Origin: an uncultured Candidatus Saccharibacteria bacterium
GTDB lineage: Bacteria > Patescibacteriota > Minisyncoccia > 2-02-FULL-40-12 > IGHO2-12-FULL-4
Length of the DNA stretch: 41,739 bases
Direction: 5' to 3'
Assembly: GCA_964580765.1 (NCBI GenBank)
Contig: CAZOKW010000004.1
Location: 1 to 41,739 of the forward strand
Shown: positions 36,436 to 41,739 of the stretch, piece by piece
How the letters are laid out: every line of letters begins with the position of its first letter
How positions within the stretch are numbered: position 1 is the first letter of the stretch
The notes under the pieces: model-generated
What the model was told of the DNA's origin: nothing
Seen by the model: only the letters and a program-made list of their open reading frames with translations
Database searches by the model: none
Program-made: the position numbers and the translations under genes

Positions 36436-39084
36436 ATGTCATTTCTTACAAAAATTTTTGGTGATGCCAACGAGCGCTATCTGAAGAGCGCTCGTTTACT
36501 AGTGGAGGAGATAAATAAATTTGAATCGCTATTCGAAAAGTTTTCCGGTGAGGAAATTAAAAACAAGACCGCTGATTTTAAAAAAAGAATTGTTGAAGGC
36601 GAGCATCTTGATCAAATTCTTCCCGAGGCTTTCGCTTTGGCGCGTGAAGCGGCTAAACGTACTGTCCGACAGCGTCATTATGATGTTCAGATCATCGGAG
36701 GAATTATTTTACATCGTGGTAATATCGCCGAGATGAAAACAGGAGAAGGAAAAACTCTTACCGCTACTTTGCCGGTTTATCTTAATGCTTTAACCGGCCA
36801 AGGCGTGCATGTGGTGACCGTTAATGACTACCTCTCCCGGCGCGATACGGCCTGGATGGGACAAGTTTACGATCTATTGGGGTTGTCCGTAGCCTGTCTA
36901 AACCATGATTCCAGTTATATTTACGACTCCGCGCATATCAACAAAGAGAAAGAAGAAGAGTTGGATAAAATACGGGACGAGCTTGGTAGTTTCAAAATAG
37001 CGCATGAGTTTTTGCGCCCAATTAGCCGACGGGAAGCGTATTCGGCGGATATTACTTATGGAACGAATAACGAATTCGGTTTTGATTATTTGCGGGATAA
37101 CATGGTTTTCAGTCAGGAGCAAAAAGTGCAGGCCAAAGGACACAACTTTTCCATTGTTGATGAAGTGGACTCAATTTTAATTGATGAAGCCCGTACGCCA
37201 TTGATTATTTCCAGTCCGGACAGCGACTCTACCAAATTATACGAGACATTTTCCAAAATAGTTCCACACCTTAAAGAAAACGAGGACTACAATGTAGATG
37301 AAAAACTCAAAGCGGTGACTCTGACGGAGAAAGGGATTGAAAGAGTGGAAAAGCAATTGGGGGTGGGTAATATTTATGAAGAAGGCGGAGTGCGCTATGT
37401 GCACCATCTGGAGCAGGCCTTGCGGGCGCAGGTTCTTTTTAAACTGGACCGGGATTATATAGTAAAGAATGGCGAGGTAATAATTGTGGACGAATTTACC
37501 GGCCGTTTAATGCCGGGCCGGCGCTGGTCCGATGGGTTGCACCAGGCGGTGGAAGCCAAAGAAGCCGTTTCAGTGCAGAAAGAGTCGCGCACCATGGCTA
37601 CCATTACTTTTCAAAATTATTTCCGTCTTTATAAAAAACTTTCCGGCATGACCGGCACGGCCGCTACTTCGGCGGAAGAATTTCACAAGGTCTACAATCT
37701 TGACGCGTTTATTGTGCCTCCGAATAAGTCATTTCAGAGAAAGGACCTATCGGATAGTATTTACAAAACAGAGGCAGGGAAATTCCGCTCTATTGTCAAG
37801 GAGATCAAACAGCGTCATGAACAAGGGCAACCTGTATTGGTTGGTACGGTTTCCATCGAAAAAAATGAGTTGTTGGCTAAAATGCTGGAGAGAGAAGGAG
37901 TCAAGCATCATATTTTAAATGCTAAAAATCATGAACGAGAAGCGGAAATTATCGCCCAAGCGGGAAAATTCGGCGCGGTGACGGTGGCGACCAACATGGC
38001 TGGAAGAGGGGTGGACATAATTTTGGGAGGGGCGCCGACTGATGCCCAAGAAGCAGAAAGAGTGTGTCAGGTAGGCGGGTTGCATGTTGTTGGTACAGAG
38101 CGGCACGAAGCGCGGCGGATTGATAACCAGCTTCGCGGACGGGCCGGCCGTCAGGGCGACCCTGGCTCTTCGCAATTTTTTGTTTCCACGGAAGATGAGC
38201 TGGCCAGAGTGTTTGGCGGCGATCGTTTGAAAAATCTGATGGATCGTCTGGGGGTGGGTGAAGATGATGCCATTGAGAACCGTTTCGTTTCCAAGGCCAT
38301 CGAGCAGGCGCAGGCCAAAATAGAAGGATTCCATTTTGATTCGCGCAAATATGTTTTGGAATATGACGATGTGATGAACCGCCACCGGACGGCCATTTAC
38401 GGTTTGCGTAACAAAATTTTATCCATGTCGGATAATCGGGAACTTTTTTCGGAGTATTTTGACTGGATAACTGGCAAATTAATTGAAGCCCACACTCAAA
38501 GTGTAACCGGCGAGTGGGGTACAGAAGAAATTGCTGAAACAATCAAAACTCTGACGGTCAGTGAAGAGAGTTTGTATCCCAAACTTATGGAGATTTCAAA
38601 ATCAGGCGACCGCACAATTTTAAAAACTTTTTTGCTTGATTTTATTTCCAAAGAACTGGAGAAAAAAGAGAAAGAACTGGGGGCAGAGCAGATGCGCCGT
38701 TTGGAGAATCTGGTTTTACTGCGGGTAATTGATGAACTGTGGGTTGACCATTTGGAAGCGATGGAATATTTGCGGGAATCAGTCCGTTTGAGGGCTTACG
38801 GCCAGCGCGATCCCTTAGTAGAATACAAAATCGAAGGCCAAAGAATGTTTGAGGAACTTTTGCAGAATGTCAAAATGCAAGCCGTCAATTTAATTTTCAA
38901 AGTCAGTTTTATTCAACAGCCTAAAGCGGTTAATATCCAAGAAGGCCGGGATAATTCTTTGACTGAAAGTTCCGAATCAGAGGAAAAATATCCCGCAGCG
39001 GATTTGTCAGAACCGAAAATTGGCCGAAATAACCCCTGTCCCTGCGGTTCCGGAAAAAAGTATAAAAAATGCCATGGGAAGTAG
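36436..39084 (+). CDS. secA: Preprotein translocase subunit SecA
   Basis: [60 protein letters not shown]-terminal [17 protein letters not shown]. Confidence 0.98.
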   Translation: MSFLTKIFGDANERYLKSARLLVEEINKFESLFEKFSGEEIKNKTADFKKRIVEGEHLDQILPEAFALAREAAKRTVRQRHYDVQIIGGIILHRGNIAEMKTGEGKTLTATLPVYLNALTGQGVHVVTVNDYLSRRDTAWMGQVYDLLGLSVACLNHDSSYIYDSAHINKEKEEELDKIRDELGSFKIAHEFLRPISRREAYSADITYGTNNEFGFDYLRDNMVFSQEQKVQAKGHNFSIVDEVDSILIDEARTPLIISSPDSDSTKLYETFSKIVPHLKENEDYNVDEKLKAVTLTEKGIERVEKQLGVGNIYEEGGVRYVHHLEQALRAQVLFKLDRDYIVKNGEVIIVDEFTGRLMPGRRWSDGLHQAVEAKEAVSVQKESRTMATITFQNYFRLYKKLSGMTGTAATSAEEFHKVYNLDAFIVPPNKSFQRKDLSDSIYKTEAGKFRSIVKEIKQRHEQGQPVLVGTVSIEKNELLAKMLEREGVKHHILNAKNHEREAEIIAQAGKFGAVTVATNMAGRGVDIILGGAPTDAQEAERVCQVGGLHVVGTERHEARRIDNQLRGRAGRQGDPGSSQFFVSTEDELARVFGGDRLKNLMDRLGVGEDDAIENRFVSKAIEQAQAKIEGFHFDSRKYVLEYDDVMNRHRTAIYGLRNKILSMSDNRELFSEYFDWITGKLIEAHTQSVTGEWGTEEIAETIKTLTVSEESLYPKLMEISKSGDRTILKTFLLDFISKELEKKEKELGAEQMRRLENLVLLRVIDELWVDHLEAMEYLRESVRLRAYGQRDPLVEYKIEGQRMFEELLQNVKMQAVNLIFKVSFIQQPKAVNIQEGRDNSLTESSESEEKYPAADLSEPKIGRNNPCPCGSGKKYKKCHGK

Positions 39085-39502
39085 CATCTCAAGATATAAA
39101 AATGGGGTTAATTTTATTTTATTGCGAGACGATGGGAGAATTTTAATGCAGTTAAGGGATGGGGGAGGTGGAAGGGGAATTTCATATCCTCATACCTGGG
39201 CCATACCGGGAGCTCATATAGAGACCGGCGAAAGTCCTCTTGATACTGTTGTTCGGGAGATAAAAGAAGAATTTGATTTAAAGATGAAATCAGAACAGTG
39301 TCGATTTATTGTTGACTATGACCATGACAAGGTATGGCGGAGTAGCGTTTTTATTTGTAGGATTAATTCAGAAATAATTCCTAAAAAATACGAGGGGGCT
39401 GTGATTAAGTGGATGACTATAGAAGAAATTAAAAAATTAACTCTTGCTTGGGAGCAAGGAAAAATACTTTCTGAAGTCGAAGAAGCCATAAAAGTCCTAT
39501 GA
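39074..39502 (+). CDS. NUDIX hydrolase
   Basis: [22 protein letters not shown] Nudix box. Confidence 0.85.
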   Translation: MGSSISRYKNGVNFILLRDDGRILMQLRDGGGGRGISYPHTWAIPGAHIETGESPLDTVVREIKEEFDLKMKSEQCRFIVDYDHDKVWRSSVFICRINSEIIPKKYEGAVIKWMTIEEIKKLTLAWEQGKILSEVEEAIKVL

Positions 39503-39729
39503 GAAATAAAATTATTGTCAGACCTCTTCTTTGGGGATTAATTGTATCCATAATCGGCTTGGCGGGGTGGTTTTTGTTTGTAATATTATCTGTGATTACA
39601 GGCGGAGCGTTTAGGGTGCTGGCCAACATTTTCGGCCGGATTATGCTTTTCGGTTTGCCGGCCGGAATAATCTGGGAAATCGTTCGGAGGATTAAGAGAT
39701 CCATAAAACATCATGGAGGAAAATATTAG
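39499..39729 (+). CDS. Small membrane protein, hypothetical
   Basis: Two hydrophobic segments; ATGA overlap with upstream gene. Confidence 0.6.
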   Translation: MRNKIIVRPLLWGLIVSIIGLAGWFLFVILSVITGGAFRVLANIFGRIMLFGLPAGIIWEIVRRIKRSIKHHGGKY

Positions 39730-40153
39730 AGAATTCATCAAAGAAGTTTTGGACAAAGGATACTTGATGAGTTTGGCTACTATTGATGATGGCGGAGTTT
39801 GGGTGGCGGATGTAATTTATGTTTTTGACGATCAGTTTAATATTTACTGGATATCCGATCCGGAAGTTAGGCATTCAGAGGCTATGCTTAAAAATAATAA
39901 AGTGGCCGGAACAATAACTATTAGCGGACCAGGAGAGAATAATTTAGGAATCCAGTTTGAGGGATTGGTAGAAAAAATAGAAGAGCCAAGGTATGATTTG
40001 GCCAAGAAGCACTATACTAAAAGACAAAAACCGGAACCGGAAGAAACTGATGATGTGTTGCAAGGGGACTTCTGGTATGTTTTGAGACCAAGCAAGATTG
40101 AGTTGATTAATGAAAAGTTGTTTGGTTTTGAAAAAGAAAAGCTGGAATTTTAA
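39713..40153 (+). CDS. Pyridoxamine 5'-phosphate oxidase-like FMN-binding split-barrel protein
   Basis: MSLAT, W...V.Y, Y..S....RH, N..VA.TI, GIQ..G. Confidence 0.75.
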   Translation: MEENIREFIKEVLDKGYLMSLATIDDGGVWVADVIYVFDDQFNIYWISDPEVRHSEAMLKNNKVAGTITISGPGENNLGIQFEGLVEKIEEPRYDLAKKHYTKRQKPEPEETDDVLQGDFWYVLRPSKIELINEKLFGFEKEKLEF

Positions 40154-40201
40154 GAAATAAAAAAGGCCTTTTGGGGCCTCAAGCGGTAGATATTTATGGA
40201 C

Positions 40202-40510
40202 CTATAAATCTGGTCCTGGGGGGTGATTATATCGTACGCGTGCCTCTCCGGCGCGTATCTCAATCTTTGATATCTTGTTCGTGTTAAAAGCAAAGCTAAT
40301 CCTTATAACTTCTATGTCTGTGAATCTTACAGAAACTTGTGGGTCGTTATATGATTTTCCAACAAAAGTAATATGGTCATGGAAAAGCTTAATATTGGTT
40401 ACGCCCCGAAAGATATCTCGTTGTACCCTTCCACCAGAATTTGGAAGTTGAAAAATTAAAACTGTTTTATGGTGTTTTAACAAATTATAGATCATCCCAA
40501 TATTTCCCAT
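40202..40510 (-). CDS. Hypothetical protein
   Basis: 102-aa ORF with GGGA SD and downstream hairpin at 40164-40179; no recognisable family. Confidence 0.45.
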   Translation of the reverse strand: MGNIGMIYNLLKHHKTVLIFQLPNSGGRVQRDIFRGVTNIKLFHDHITFVGKSYNDPQVSVRFTDIEVIRISFAFNTNKISKIEIRAGEARVRYNHPPGPDL

Positions 40511-40594
40511 GTTTGGTTCCCTGCTTCCATTTTCAAAAAACTAGTTTTTTTATATTATTTAAAATAGTGACAAAAGTCAACAAATAAATTCAAT

Positions 40595-41077
40595 ATGGAT
40601 CACGTGGCTATAATGAAAAAATCCTGGGGACTGACAGAAAAGATTTTGAGCGGAGAAAAAAAGATCGAGTCGCGCTGGTACATGGCCAGATCTGCTCCTT
40701 GGAATAGAATCAAAGCCGGAGAAACGGTTTATTTCAAAAACTCCGGAGAGCCAGTGACTATAAAAGCGACAGTGGCAAAGGTTCTTCAATTTTCCGATTT
40801 GAATCAGGACAAGGTTTTGGAGATTTTAAAAAAATATGGAAAAGATATCGGCATCTCGAGAGCCCTCGGGGGACATAGTTTTTGTCTGCAAGTTTTCGCA
40901 AAAACTGTCCCCACTCGGTCTCTGGATGCTTTACATCTTTTTAAAAACAAGAAATACTGCCTTTTGATATTTTTAAAAAATCCCGTTAAGATTAAACCAT
41001 TCCAGATTGATAAAAAAGGTTTTGGAATGATGTCGGCTTGGATTTCGGTTGATTCAATAAATAAAATAAAAAAATAA
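40595..41077 (+). CDS. ASCH/PUA-like domain protein containing an in-frame hairpin insertion
   Basis: H.AI....I.SG.K.IESR......P...I..G..V.FK motif. Confidence 0.75.
   Translation: MDHVAIMKKSWGLTEKILSGEKKIESRWYMARSAPWNRIKAGETVYFKNSGEPVTIKATVAKVLQFSDLNQDKVLEILKKYGKDIGISRALGGHSFCLQVFAKTVPTRSLDALHLFKNKKYCLLIFLKNPVKIKPFQIDKKGFGMMSAWISVDSINKIKK
40851..40929. repeat. Hairpin element family II, diverged inverted copy inside ASCH CDS
   Basis: GCATC/GATGC, GGGGACA/TGTCCCC, AGTTTTTG/CAAAAACT stems; reverse complement parallels the 66-bp repeat. Confidence 0.65.
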
Positions 41078-41142
41078 CTTGAATTATTTCTTCTTTTATA
41101 TAAACTAATTGAATAGTACTTTTAATAGGAAAACAAAAACAC

Positions 41143-41634
41143 ATGGCAAACGAATATCATCTTTACGAAATTGTTATTACGGCGATTGTGGTTAAAAAGG
41201 GTAAATATTTAATTACCCGGCGGTCAATGACCAAGAAAAGATTTCCCGGAATGTGGACCGTGCCGGGAGGGCATTTGGATCCGGCGGACTACGAGAATAC
41301 TCCCAAAGAATCCAAGGATTATTGGTACAATGTTTTAGAAAAGGCGCTGGCGCGGGAATTGCAGGAAGAGGTGGGGATTAAGGTTAAAAATGTGGAATAC
41401 ATTACCAGTTTGGCCACAGTGCATGGCGACGGTCCAAATTCCTTAGTAATTTCCTGTATTGCCGATTATGTTTCCGGAAAAGTTATTTTGCATGACGGGG
41501 AAAATGACCAGTACGCGTGGGTTTCTCTGAAAGAATCCAAGAAATATCCCTTGATTGGAGGCATTTTTGAAGAATTGTATGTGGCGGAACAGAATAGAAA
41601 AGGGAGGAAGGTAAAGTGGAAACAGTTATCATAG
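41143..41634 (+). CDS. NUDIX hydrolase
   Basis: FPGMWTVPGG, ALARELQEEVG. Confidence 0.85.
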   Translation: MANEYHLYEIVITAIVVKKGKYLITRRSMTKKRFPGMWTVPGGHLDPADYENTPKESKDYWYNVLEKALARELQEEVGIKVKNVEYITSLATVHGDGPNSLVISCIADYVSGKVILHDGENDQYAWVSLKESKKYPLIGGIFEELYVAEQNRKGRKVKWKQLS

Positions 41635-41739
41635 CTTGTTGTAATACCCCTTCGGTCGTCAGAAATCCCAGCGAGATTTCTGACTCGCGCAAAGTTGCTC
41701 GCGTTGTCAAGAGCCCTGTCAGAACAGGGTCGTTGACAA
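41635..41739. repeat. Branched structured element, family I copy D (truncated by window end)
   Basis: TTCGGTC, GTCAGAAATC-CCAGCGA-GATTTCTGAC, TCGC, then TTGTCAA..CCCTG/CAGGG..TTGACAA hairpin. Confidence 0.65.

Overview
Bacterial chromosomal segment, most likely from a Parcubacteria/Patescibacteria (CPR) genome. This is inferred from the compact SecA, the lysine-rich proteins and the repeat types; there is no marker gene to prove it. About 33.6 kb (142-33671) is a large cell-surface glycan locus. It contains a nonulosonic-acid-like module (two short NeuB synthases, a NeuA cytidylyltransferase, two class-III aminotransferases, an SDR, a TIM-barrel epimerase, an aldo/keto reductase and an EamA transporter). 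It also has a split-transketolase/GT2/GT-C/methyltransferase operon, two apparently circularly permuted sialyltransferase-like paralogs, GT9, two GDP-mannose dehydratases, fcl, a sugar C-methyltransferase, a B12-type radical SAM enzyme, Wzx, a priming transferase, and a Ugd-like and an epimerase gene. An odd stand-alone ClpB-D2-like ATPase sits inside the locus. After it come a secreted HExxH peptidase, a tiny Lys-rich ORF, raiA/hpf, secA and small NUDIX/ASCH/PNPOx genes. The most striking unexplained signal is non-coding. Four members of a branched, highly base-paired element family (2469-2780, 5604-5824, 5844-6007 inverted, 41635-end) share a CCAGCGA motif, covarying stems and copy-specific closing arms. 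A second rod-shaped hairpin family has two identical 66-bp copies flanking raiA and a diverged in-frame copy inside the ASCH gene. No transposase, integrase, CRISPR array, rRNA or tRNA was recognised.
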